DNA from: Marsupella aquatica
Lineage: Eukaryota; Plantae; Marchantiophyta
Length of the DNA stretch: 64,000 nt
Reading direction: 5' to 3'
Assembly (NCBI GenBank): GCA_973895155.1
Contig: OZ316894.1
Span: forward strand, 10,943,874 to 11,007,873
Program-made: the position numbers and the translations under genes
Notes under the pieces: generated by a model
Told to the model about the DNA's origin: nothing
What the model saw: only the letters and a program-made list of their open reading frames with translations
Databases searched by the model: none
Shown: positions 1 through 11,684 of the stretch, piece by piece
How the letters are laid out: each line of letters starts with the position of its first letter
How positions within the stretch are numbered: position 1 is the stretch's first letter

Positions 1-406
1 CGGGACGAATTGCCAATGCCCTCCCTCCCTAGACGAAGCACGCACTCAACCCCCCAAACAAAACTGCTACGCTACGGCCGCTGCAACGGCGAAAGTTCCA
101 GAGCCTTCTCGGGTGCCGTGTTGCGCTTGACAGGAAATTCAACAGACCGAAAGACTCATCAAAGACTCATCAAAGACTCCAACGTATCCACACTCCGTTC
201 GACATATCGACTCCAGCACCGCAATGCACTAATTGCAGAGCACCGGCCTGACTGCTCGCCTGCCCAGAACAAGGAGACAGAGTGAGGATGGAAGAAGGGG
301 CCCTTGTTCCCTTCATCCCCTTTCTTCCCCTGTCGTCCCCTTTCTTCCGGATGCTTCGCTACGCTCTGCTCCTCCGCGCCTACCCTGCTTCTGCTGCGAG
401 GCTTCT

Positions 407-465
407 TTCTGCCTTCTGGGCTCACTGCTGCCTTCTGGGCTCACGGCTGCCTTCTGGGCTCACTA
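407..465. repeat. ~19-20-bp tandem repeat, 3 copies
   Basis: CTGCCTTCTGGGCTCAC repeated three times. Confidence 0.85.
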
Positions 466-518
466 CCGTTACAGGTTACAGTAGAGACAATCAAGTCCGC
501 TCAAAAACATATTAATTA

Positions 519-1113
519 ACCAATTGGCTTAGGTCAATTGGCTAGGGGATTTGCCTGGAACTGAGAGGTCTCAGGTTCAATACTCCCTCCATGCTGGGTG
601 GGGTGGGTAGTGGATTGGAGTTTTGATTATCTGCTCGGCCCCTGGTTGCCCGCTTTGTGGCCCTGATGTAATACTCTCTCCTTCCTGGTGCGGGTCCATG
701 TCGGATCCGTTGGGGCTCACCCTGGTCTGGGTTCCCTACAGAAAAACTGTCACATTGGGGTGGGGGGAATCTAATTGTATTTCCAGGGGCTCAGGCTCAC
801 CCTGGTCTGGGTTCCCTACAGAAAAACTGTCACATTGGGGTGGGGGGAATCTAATTGTATTTCCTGGGGCTCACCCTGGTCTGGGTTCCCTACAGAAAAA
901 CTGTCACATTGGGGTGGGGGGAGTCTAATTGTATTTCCTGGGGCTCACCCTGGTCTGGGTTCCCTACAGAAAAACTGTCACATTGGGGTGGGGGGAGTCT
1001 AATTGTATTTCCTGGGGCTCACCCTGCTTTGGGTTCCCTACAGAAAAACTGTCACATTGGGGTGGGGGGAGTCTAATTGTATTTCCTCCCCATTTCAGTT
1101 CAAGACAAAAAAA
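519..1113 (+). mobile_element. Candidate tRNA-derived SINE with internal tandem array
   Basis: A-box-like TAGGTCAATTGG (530-541) and B-box-like GGTTCAATAC (574-583) at tRNA spacing; A-rich 3' end (~1101-1113); flanked by a 17-bp direct repeat with one mismatch (CAAAAACATATTAATTA 502-518 / CAAAAACATATAAATTA 1114-1130) read as a TSD. Confidence 0.6.
711..1087. repeat. Tandem repeat, 74-bp unit, ~5 copies
   Basis: Unit GGGGCTCACCCTGGTCTGGGTTCCCTACAGAAAAACTGTCACATTGGGGTGGGGGG(A/G)..CTAATTGTATTTCC repeated head to tail, near-identical, with no spacers. Confidence 0.95.
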
Positions 1114-3994
1114 CAAAAACATATAAATTATTTGGGATGATTGATTGGGGGCACTACACCCCTCATCTGTCCGAATTTATAAATTCTTGTCAAAACTGTA
1201 GGTTATTGGCATGTACATTTTTATGGAGTTCCTTGTTATTCCTTTAGTCTGCTGCCTGAAATAATTTTTGGGGGACAAAAATTACGCATCTGGCAAATAA
1301 TGGAAGCTATCCCTTGTGGGGATATTATAGTCAACCAAATTGGTTGAACCACGTATGCGGGAGACTAAATATCTCATAGAGGGATGAGTGACCGGTCTTA
1401 GCGCTAGGTTCAGGTTGTCAAACATTGATGAAACTTATTTTGCTATGTGTATTGACAGCATCCTGAAACATTAGGCTAGCAGACACTATACTCATGGTAG
1501 TTTTTAATAAAAAAGAATCCAAAGAAAAGTGCTGATATGTTCGAGTATGACTGAACCAAAAACTGAATGAAAGATGAGACTACCTTAACTTACTACAACG
1601 CCTTTCTGGGCAAGGGTTCTAGCCTAAATCCTGCTCCAAGAAGGCTCAGAAAACCTTGCTAATAAAACTTTCCTGCTTGCCTTCTGATGATAGGGTTATA
1701 GGCTAGAAACCCCATACTAGACCTGCATTCTCCTATACTTCTTACATTCTTATATTATGGTGAGCGTAGACCTTACACTCATGTGTCTGTCAGGGTCTTT
1801 TTTAGACATAGGGTGTTGGTTGTGCTTCAGTGGACACATGCATTCACTATTATGCAGAGTGAGGCGATGGGTTTTTAGGGCCTCTACTAAGATTCCCTCG
1901 CTTGACCCTCCTATGCGATTTACACCAGAGCTCTATTGGGCGCTTTAGTTTGCCGATAGGTAGGGACTAAGTTTTTGTGTCCATGGTTGTTCTTGTCTTG
2001 GGCTTCTGCCCCGTTCCTTTGGGTCTTTTGCCCGAGGGATCAGGACTCCCAGTTGAATGCCTTTTGGTTTTGGCATTTTGAAATATAAAACTGATTGTAT
2101 ACAATAATGGCCGTCTGGCCTCGGTTACTAGCCTCTAACTGTGTGAGTAGAAGGTGAGGAAAACCTGAGCAGCCGCAACTAGGAAGCATTTTTGAGCTTT
2201 CAAGGCCCGTTTTAAGGAGCATGGATCATGCTAGAACCTTCCATTGGATACTTGGTGTAGTCGTGAGCATAAAAGTCATGTAAAGCAAGTAATGTCAATT
2301 ACATGTCAGGTTGAGTGACATTTGAGTAGCAAGTTGTACTTGAAACATGGGAGGTGGCAAAAAAATAACTTATAGACCTGTGACATTGGGTAAGTTTCCA
2401 TATAGCCCCTCTAATGTCAAACATTTGTAGCAAATTCTTGCCAACAAGGTTCATTGAATGTGAAAAAAATAAAGAATGGTTCACTTGCAACTAGTGAAGT
2501 ATTTTTGTGAGTTTTAATATTTAATATATTATTTTCTTCACAACCACTACTAAAATAAACATCCCTCAACAAACAATTAGCTTCACTAGTCGCCTTCTAT
2601 TTATTTATTTATTATTATTTTTCAATAAAGCCCAAAACAAAAAGCAACGGTCCCCCAGTGACTGTGATTTGTGGAAAAACCATGTTTGCTCTTATGAAGT
2701 CAACCATGCATGACATTAAATCCTAGATCATGATTGAAATAACAATTTAGTTAATAGAGTAGTGAATATCATAAACATTTTTGGCTATGCTAGTATGTTA
2801 TTGAAGCCTCTTTTCCATATTTGCGGACCAATATACCTCTACAATTGAGCTTTGTATGATTAAACTATTCAAATATCCCCAAGAAAAAATAAAACAAACA
2901 AACCATTCGAAGCTCTACTCAAATTTGTAATGACTTTAATAAATAATAAAAGCAATATTTCATAATAGAGAATAAAAATAATACATTCTCATTCTTCTTG
3001 GTATGACACAACTATATAGACTAAAAGTTTATTAAAAACCATAACAGTGATAGTAAATTAAAATCAAAATGATGTATTAGATGTTGTCGCATGGAAGGCT
3101 TGTCTAGAAGATAAACTCTAATAAAAAATGGATTACAAAGAGGGAAGTTAGTTAGGATGATTTTCTTTCTTGGATTCATGATAACTCACATGTTTCTTTG
3201 CTATTCAGGGCAAAATATGTTTCACCTTACATTCTCAAAAACATTTCACCTTGAAGGTCTTATCTATAATTTATCACTCATCTCTTTGCTCTTTGGGCCA
3301 AAAAACATTCCACTACTATTGTACATAAAGCAAAAGAATTGAGAAAATCTGAAAGAAAGAAATATGAGCGCTTCAATGCGAGAATTATCAAAATGTGAAA
3401 ATGATGAAAGAGTGTCAATCACCACTTTATTTATAGTAAATCCAATAGAGCATAGATCATGTCCAAATATGTGTATCAAAACAAGTGACACACATTCAAT
3501 GTAAAAATATGTATTAGTATTATTGCAAGTAAAACAATTAATGTATGCAAGTAAAATAATAAATGTATGCACTAAGTAGCTTGTAAACTTGTTTGTTTTG
3601 CATGCATGCACAAAAAATAACTAATGCATGCACATAAATCAATTTATGCATGCATATTGTATCTTGCACAATTGTTCGCCTTGTATGCAAAGAAAACAAT
3701 TAAAAACTATTTAGTTATCTTACAACAAAATTTTAACCTAACCCATATTACTTAGTAATAATAATTCTATAATAAAAACCACCCAAGCCAAAAGGAACAT
3801 CAGGCACTGGGCCAGAGGCCACAGACCCAACCCCAAGATGGGGAAAACCTAATGAAGCCATGAGAGCCGGAAGAACCATTGGAGAGTGGCCCTAACCAGA
3901 ACCCACAAAATGTCATTCTCATAGAGCCTACACACATGACCAGAATTCCTAGTGCACCAAGTGTTTGGCATATTGTTAAATCTATCTTAAGACT

Positions 3995-4385
3995 ACCTCG
4001 TTAGCTTAGGAACAATTGGGTTCCCTCGAAAACAATAATGGGCTAACGGATTACTGTAGAGCCAACTGGGTCTGCTTCAAACATAATTAGCCTCCAGTTT
4101 GGGGTGACTAGCTTAGTGACAATTACATCCCCTACAGAAATTATTATCCCTTATGCCTGACTGGGTACTGTAGAGACATTCCAACTAAAGTTACCTCCAA
4201 AATAATCACCCTCCATTATGGGCTGACTGATTGCCATTGCAACAATCAAGTTAAGTTTGCTCAAAAAATAATTAGGCTCTATTGTGGGCTGACTGATAAC
4301 CATAGGGACAGTCAGGTTAGCTCAAAAATAAATAGCCACCATTCTGGGTTGACTTCTAACCTTGGAGACAGGTGTGCTCAAAACA
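3995..4385. repeat. Degenerate ~60-bp tandem repeat
   Basis: Recurring ctcaaaa(a)taattag..c..attgtgggctgactga motif about every 60 bp. Confidence 0.5.
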
Positions 4386-5139
4386 TGATTCAGTACTGAG
4401 AATTAAATCATTATGACAATATTACAGGAAAATTTTGGTGAAAATTGGCAAAAAGAATTCAATATTTTAGGAATATTCTGATTATTATGATGTAGACTTC
4501 TAAGTTTTTTTAGAGCAAATTTACAGAAATAATGTAGGGCATTGCCCTAAAATTTGAAAAGGAACAAATTTGGCTTTTTGTACAGAGTGAAAACCTGATG
4601 GGCCCTTGTCTAGTGTACATTGATTACAAGTAGAGTGCAGTAGTGTCTCTTCTCTACTACAGCAAACTGCAAAATAATAAGTTTTGAAGCAAAGAGGTGT
4701 AGCAAAACTTGAGAAAGCAGGGTGGGACTTGACACAATTTTGTTGTGCTAGCTCATAACCCACATAGTATGATCTCACATGTGCAGAGAATGAGTCCGCT
4801 GCTAAAATTCTTGGCTAAAATGAGCTAAACATGAATCAGATCTAAAATCAGCGGACCATTGCCCACTTATATATTTACACTAGCATTAGTGGAGGAGTGT
4901 ATATGGGACCATTGCTAAAGTTAGCCAAGCATGAGTAAATAGTTAAAATTAGTCAAGCATGCATCCTGTCCAACAATTACAGTAGCTGAATATGAGTCTG
5001 CTACTAAAATTATCTTGGCATGGATCCATTGCATCAGCTGAGCATAATGAGAATAGTGAGTTGTTATTAGTTGTTATTTCAAACCAGATTTTGGTTGCCG
5101 TCTCCTTCTTTTGGTTGAATGATATTATTTCTGTACTTG

Positions 5140-6005
5140 TCAATATCGCTCACTCCTTGAGGCTAACATTCTAATGTTTCCTAGATAGTCTTGAAAGACT
5201 TCCTCTATGTGGCACGATGACACATAAGTTGCTAGGTATCCATGCGAACTTGAACAATAATCACGAGGCATTTTTGGCACACTGCTGCTATAAGTATTTC
5301 TGGAGCCATTTTCCTCATTGTACAGTTTCTTTCGCCTTGTACACAATTGCATTTGAAATGCATTTTTATGAGGCTCGACATGCCCTTTAGAGCCTAGCAC
5401 AAGTGGCATGCTAAGTTCATCTTTGTCATGCCATATAACTCCCACATGGATACCACATAACACCTTGGAATTCAGCGTCACTGCCCCTCCCGAGCTTGCA
5501 GGAAAGCCTCCCATGTAAGTGCCAAGGGCATCCACTTCCATTGGCATTTCACATCCCTCAGGACTAAACATGCACACATTGCCATGCACTTGGGTTGGTG
5601 CAACATCCTCACGAAGTCCATATACCAAATCCACATGCCAAGGAAATGAGAGCATACGAATTTCTCGGCCCTTCACTTCATCCCCTTTTGTAGCTAAACG
5701 GAACCCATCACCTCCAGGGGGACCCTCACAAAGAGCAAGGTCATATTTGTTGGAGACATACAAGACAGTAACCGGTCCTCCAAAGGCAAGTAATTTTTCA
5801 TTAATTGCCCCATTTTCACTGAGTTCCACGCAATGGCGACATGTTAACATGAGCCCAGGGATGAGTGGGGTCTCCACCCTAACCATTGTTCCCACTCCAA
5901 TCCTTCCTTTCCCAGTCTTTTACACAATTCTACTCACTCTAGCATTGTAAGCATCCTCTGTATCGCCCTCCACCAACCAACTATCTGCCCAATTGTAATG
6001 TTTTG
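5140..6005 (-). pseudogene. Trypsin/chymotrypsin-like serine protease domain with an in-frame stop
   Basis: Triad-like motifs LTCRHCV (His), YDLAL (Asp), GFPASSGG (Ser), then LCGIHVG. The upstream ORF 5920-6360 is in the same frame, separated only by a TAA at 5920-5922 (..RVSRIV*KTGKGRIGVGTMV..). 5' boundary uncertain. Confidence 0.55.
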
Positions 6006-8833
6006 TTGCTGCATTTTTAGATTTTACAAATTTAAGTTTAGAAACTTGAATTTTTGTGTGATAGGATAACAAAGAACAATCAAACATACATGTGTGGGTT
6101 TTAAGGACAGTGCAAACTGAATCAAGAAAAAATAGAAATCTAGAAAACTGGAAAACTGGAAATACCTTGCCAACACCCCCGACATGAACTACAGCAGGGT
6201 GCACTTGCAATAGATTGAAATGCGTGAAAAGAGATTTACACCTAATAGCTACACCTTGGAACTCTATGCTGTAGTTGGTGGAGAAGACCTTGGGACCCTG
6301 TTTGACACATTCGTTACAGGTTGTAGAGAGTATTCTACACATGAAGTGTGTCATTCCCATGACATCATAAGATTATGCTCTGCAGTACTATCAATGGGGT
6401 TTCCCCAAGGTGCCTTGTGTAGATAAAACTAAATCTGCAAGGCATTTTAAAACTTGATTTTTGTTTGTGAACATGATTGTTGTATGCATGCCTTGAAACA
6501 AACTGTGTAAACAAGACTTCCTCACCTTTGATGTACTAACTAAGCATAATCAAAGCAAAAGCTCAATAATTTAGCTTTTGTTCTTTTTCATTTTTCATTA
6601 CCTCACTAAATGTGAGGTACAAAAGATCCAGAAAATCTGGATGCCATTCAAACCTTGCACAGTATGAACCCATAAAAAATGACCTCCAAGTACCCTTTTT
6701 TTAACGACTCCAACATAGACTATTGAAGTTTTCTATCAAGCAAATATAAGTGAAGTACTAAGTGGGCATAGTGTGTCACTCGTCTCCTAATGGGAAGCCC
6801 AAGGGTTGAAGGACCAGTAAGAGAAACTTACAACAAGCAAGGTCAGACATTCAGGCCAAATCATTCAGTGTTTGCACTTTACCAATACTACAGAATTTAA
6901 ATGTGGTGCATTTTTGCTGATGAGGTGAGGAAGGCAGTGAGGAAGTAGCCATACTTTTGCATACATGTGCTACCATCCGACAGAAAGATATAATTACTTA
7001 TACCCTCTATTGAAGCAAGCACAAAGTGAGGTGGATAATTATACACCTCCACGACTTGTGGTGCTTCCAGCATTAGCCCTGAAATAGACCTCTTGTTTGT
7101 TTTGGAATTTATCAATGCTCTTCCCAGATGAGAGCCTTGTAAGAGCACGCCAAACTCCTGGTTCTTGTTCATATTGTAAATTGGTGACACCCAGGTTACT
7201 CAATACTTGTGGTACGTCGACCCTACCATCTTTAAGATCAAATTGGAAGTTATTGTTGGGACTTTCATGATGATTGCAGGTGCTCTCCCCATTTCTAATT
7301 GCAAACTTCTCTCTAAAAGCCACCTTTGGATTGAAACTTGTTGGCCTTTGCTTGAACTTGCTATTTGGTCTATCTTTGGATCCTTGTCTGTTAGTTATCT
7401 CAGAAAGTGGATTGTCAGTTTGATAATCAATGCATTTCTTTTGCTGTAGCCTCTTATTGTACCTCTTCCTCTTTTGCTGCCAAGTTTGTTTAATTTTTGG
7501 GTGTTCATCTTTTTGAATTGGTGCCACATCAGCTAATCTGCTTTGTAGTTGGTTCAAATTTCTTCTTTGCCTTTTGGCATACAGCCCTTTCCGTTGCTTC
7601 ACCATGGATGCAAAATATAAATCTACGAAAGTAAAGTCGGATCCTGTCCATAATTCTCCTTTAATGAATGATAGGAAGCTCAAGAATGTTGTGAAGGGAC
7701 ACAACCATTCATTGTTAGGCACACCCACTAACCCCTTCTAAGTTGCCTAATGTTGGTTGACATATGTCAAGTCTTGTTGCTATGACATAGATGGTACCGC
7801 AACGAAACTTCTTGTTGGAGACATGACATTTTGGTTCATTGTCAACCTTCATCAAGAACCTGGCTTAAACTCAAGCGGTATGAATACTGTGGAGGTACAT
7901 GATAAGAACGTGTTCAAAACTCAAAACTCTGTTAATACTTGATCATAAAGTGGCATCCTTCTGATTTTTCTTGGAAACTTGGAATATTATGATGGCCTCG
8001 AGAACCATCTGCCATGCCAATTGTACAGAAGAGGCAAACATGTTCGTGATTTCAAGAGTTTGCAACTGACCATGGGCCATATGCATAATCTGCTCATTGT
8101 GTATGAACTGGCTTAACAAATACACAGGCTTTAGAAAAGTAAAAACTGAGTGATCAAAATTCAAAGCAACTCCACGGAAACAAATGAAAATGGACGCAAT
8201 AGTAAGAGAGGCAAGCCTTCGTTGGAAAGTTTGTTAGGTGCTATGTTAGAGCCAATTGTAATGTCTTACAATATGTTGATCGTTCAACTGCCAGATAATG
8301 CGGAAGCAGTATTGATGGCCCCACCAAGACCATGTTGTATTGGCTGTGATGAGATAGACAAGATGTGTGGATACGTTTACAACCTAATGCTTCTTCAGAA
8401 TTGGTGTTTTGAAAGCGAGCCTTTAAACCATTCGAGTCCTACGAAAAATCATTGCACATGCTTTGTGTGATATCAATCTCCTCCTCAACAACAGTCTCAG
8501 GAAATTGTTTGTCTTCCTGCCAATTTGAATCTCTGTTTGGAGCTGCAATCTTTTGAACTCAAATTTCTTTCCACCTCTGGCTTAAGTCTTTCTGCCAAAT
8601 GCAAAAGTTCCTTCGACTACATTCCTTGCTGTTGCATCAAATTGTATCCCAATCTCTCAACAGAGAAGAGTTCAAATAATGGCCAGCAGACGATATCTTT
8701 CCCCTGGTCGCCTCATCAAATCGTTCCCTAGGCATAAGACATGTTCTATCGTAACATTGTAAGCTCTCCCCCAAAAATGGTCCAGGCAAAAATGAACATA
8801 ATTGGCTCCGTTTTCTGATCAGGTCAATAAACC

Positions 8834-8990
8834 TCTCTTTCGTAAAAGACCATATCTTTCTCGATTCAATTCGTAAAAGATCCTCTCTTTCGTAAAAGAT
8901 TCAATTCGTAAAAGACCATATCTTTCTCGATTCGTAAAAGATTCAATATCTTTCTCGACGAAGATATGGTCTTTCGTAAAATTGAATCTC
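8834..8990. repeat. Patchwork of short direct and inverted repeats
   Basis: Modules TTCGTAAAAGA, CCATATCTTTCTCGA and GATTCAAT shuffled 5-6 times; a final inverted copy AAGATATGGTCTTT. Confidence 0.8.
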
Positions 8991-9550
8991 ACAGACCACT
9001 TTCCTGGGTTAAGGGACAGGATGACTGTCCATCAGCTAAACCGTTAAGAGAAACAACAGACAGGATTCAAAATTCTCAATTCACCGACGCTCAAGGCCAT
9101 CTGCCAGTACCACTTGAGAGACGAAGTCAGAAGCTGCCTTATAGGCGAGAAAGACTGGTTGTCAGTACAGGCACGTACAAGAAAGACGCAAATGGAGATA
9201 GGCGAAAACGTATCATAGTCGTTGGCTGGTTGGGAGGCCATGTCAGTGCATATATAGACAATGGACATCCAGAGAGTCAGGGATTGCATGAAAGTTTTTG
9301 GAAAGTATCCCCTGCCTGTAACTCACAGCAGATGGAGCAGTACCGTAAGTTGTGTGCCCAATTTCGTTTACAAGGTTATCACCCAGTTTGCTGTGGAGTG
9401 AGTCATACACAAATCTCAATTAAATTACGATATTTGAAGACCTCTAATTCTTAAGTTTACCATAAGACTAGACTTCGTGCAATCATTGATGCTAATGAAA
9501 GCTTGGAGACCGGAGATCAGAAAAATGTATCACGCGATCAGAAAAATGTA

Positions 9551-11684
9551 TCACGCACTTTCTGGTGTGTTTTTGCCTCCTAGTTTGCTGGCAGCAGTAG
9601 CCAACCGGCATGGTAAATTGTCTAGGCTCATTGACCATGTATGGCGATAGTTGCCAAGTTCTCCACAACGCCTCCATGCGTGAAACTCTGAATACTTCAC
9701 TGGATCTTGCGCTACTTCTTTTACATAAGCCACCAGTTCCTTTGTGGTGGTGAACTTACTGGCCTGGATGATCGAGTTGGGGGGGACAAGATCCAGCACA
9801 TTTGGAGCTCCAAAGTAAATGGGAACAGTTCCCGCCTCCAGTGCATAGAAGAGTTTTTCTGTCACATAGCTTTCTGTCAGTGTGTTTTCTATGGCTAGCG
9901 CAAACATGTAGTGTGACATGGCACAGTGGATGTGGTCATACCAATGTTTATCAGCCCCACCAGCCTTGCATATAGGGTACATATTAAACAAGGGATCTTG
10001 ATCCGAGCCTGGGTTGCGTCCAACATTGTTTAAGCATTTTCCAAAGGAGTGATGACTGATCAGTGGCAAGAAGCTCGATGCGATCGTTTGCCTCCCAGCC
10101 ACGCAGCGAGATGATGACCAGTAAACGAGAACATCCTGTCAGGTATCCACGGAGACACATTGTCCGAATCATTGAAAGCTTTGAGTGAATATTGCTGTAC
10201 AAAAAATTGTCAATTCATCATTCTGTAAATCACTGATTACATTATATAATATCCGCGTTCATCATATATATCGTTGTGATGAATCCTGATGATATCCGCG
10301 TTGTGGAATCGGTGTTCATCACAAAAGAAAACAGATGAACAAAACGATTCGTGGTCAGTACTACCTCACCTGTCTGGATTTGTTCCTTTTCTGCTTTCTA
10401 GGTTCTAACGACAGCCAATGAGCAAACCTGAGTGACCTTCTGCAACAATTCCCGAAAAACCGGTACTGTAGCTTTGGCGAGCTTAAAGTAGTTTCTCTAT
10501 ACAGTTGTAAACCATCTGTCTTCATATGGACTGTAGATCCTGAGCAACAGTCAGAGTATTATGGCAACTAACCAAGCGTTTCGTGGGCGAGATATAATGA
10601 TTCTTGCCCCCGTTGTCTGCCTTGCTGCTATATGTGGCCTGGACATTAGCTCCGGCGTGGTAGCCCACAAAAAAATCTTCGTGATTTGATCGAGGTCCAT
10701 CAGCCTCCATGTCTATATATGCTCTCAAAGGCTCCCCTTGCTTTCGCTGCACAATGAGTTAAGTAATGAGCTTCTACCAAAATGGAGAAAACAGTGCACC
10801 CAGGTACCAATGTTTACAATCGTTGTCAATTTCCAATCAAACAAATTGAAGTGGAATCTCTGCAACTACAGTACTGAAAGCACTACTGCACACGACAGTG
10901 TCACAGCGATTTCAGCGTTTTGAAGAAACAGGGCCGCGCCAAAGTAAATTCCAGCGATGCCTAGGAAAATCCAGGATGTAAGAGTCACTCTCACATTCGA
11001 CATTCCATCACTTCTGTAGCTTCTCCAGGATCCTTAGAGGTGAGTACGTACCTCCCATGGAGGGTGAGCGCCCTCGTAAAAATGGACGTCCGCATCATCA
11101 GCGAGCACCTCTGATTTCGTCCAAAGGCAGGACAGGCCACAACTACAGGAGTAGAAACCATTCATAGAGTCAGGTATCCATGTCCACGATTTTACGAGCA
11201 CTGTCGCATGCTGCTGCTTTAATTCCGCACATGTTGCAAGGTGCTCTGGCTGTAATGATCTAAACGAGGAGTTTCGATGCTCGTGATCCTGAATTTTCGC
11301 CCGGAACTTTCTGCAACCGACCTTAGAATCCCAAACTCTGTACAATTCTTCCAAAACGTTCGTCTCCTGCTTTTGTGGACTGCTTTCTAAATCATCAACT
11401 TCAGTGACTGATGAGTTTTCGTTGTCGCTGACACTGTCTGCCCTCTTCGCAATAATTGGGGATGACGGGTCCCTCTTCGAACTAACTAGGGATGATAGGT
11501 CGTCCTCGGATTCCGGCTTGCCATCTGTAATTTTCTGCATCAGGGAGCTTTCATCTGATCTGGAGCTCGACGCGGGAATGTCCCTAGTAGCGCGTGTGAC
11601 TGCAACCATGGTGATATTGGCGAAGATAGTCAAAGCGAAGAGAAAGAAAAGAATTCTGCCGCCGAAGTATCCGAAGTCTCCCAT
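9551..11684 (-). CDS. FUT13: Alpha-1,4-fucosyltransferase (glycosyltransferase family 10; Lewis-a type). Exons 11684-11052, 10746-10573, 10135-9551; 463 aa
   Basis: N-terminal TM anchor; motifs WTWIPD, CSCGLSCLWTKSEVLAD, DVLVYWSSSRC, HSFGKCLNNVG, AIENT..ESYVTEKLFYAL..G.VPIYFGA, HAWRRCG match plant FucTC/FUT13. Two phase-0 GT-AG introns give a continuous frame. Confidence 0.93.

Noticed and set aside
526-590. Functional tRNA gene
   Set aside because: A and B boxes are present but I could not form a proper acceptor stem or cloverleaf; treated as a SINE head.
711-1087. Regular repeats resembling a CRISPR array, and the repeated ORFs they generate
   Set aside because: No unique spacers, eukaryotic context and no cas genes; the ORFs are artefacts of the 74-bp unit.
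2490-2590. Short inverted repeat ACTAGTGAAG...CTTCACTAGT
   Set aside because: Only ~10 bp perfect in AT-rich DNA and no convincing TSD.
5920-5922. U-to-C RNA editing as an explanation for in-frame stops (also in the TE ORFs)
   Set aside because: Such editing is organellar; this is nuclear, intron- and TE-rich DNA where C-to-T decay is sufficient.
8966-9454. 162-aa ORF antisense to the FUT13 3' region
   Set aside because: Starts inside the repeat patchwork and has no motifs; probably chance.
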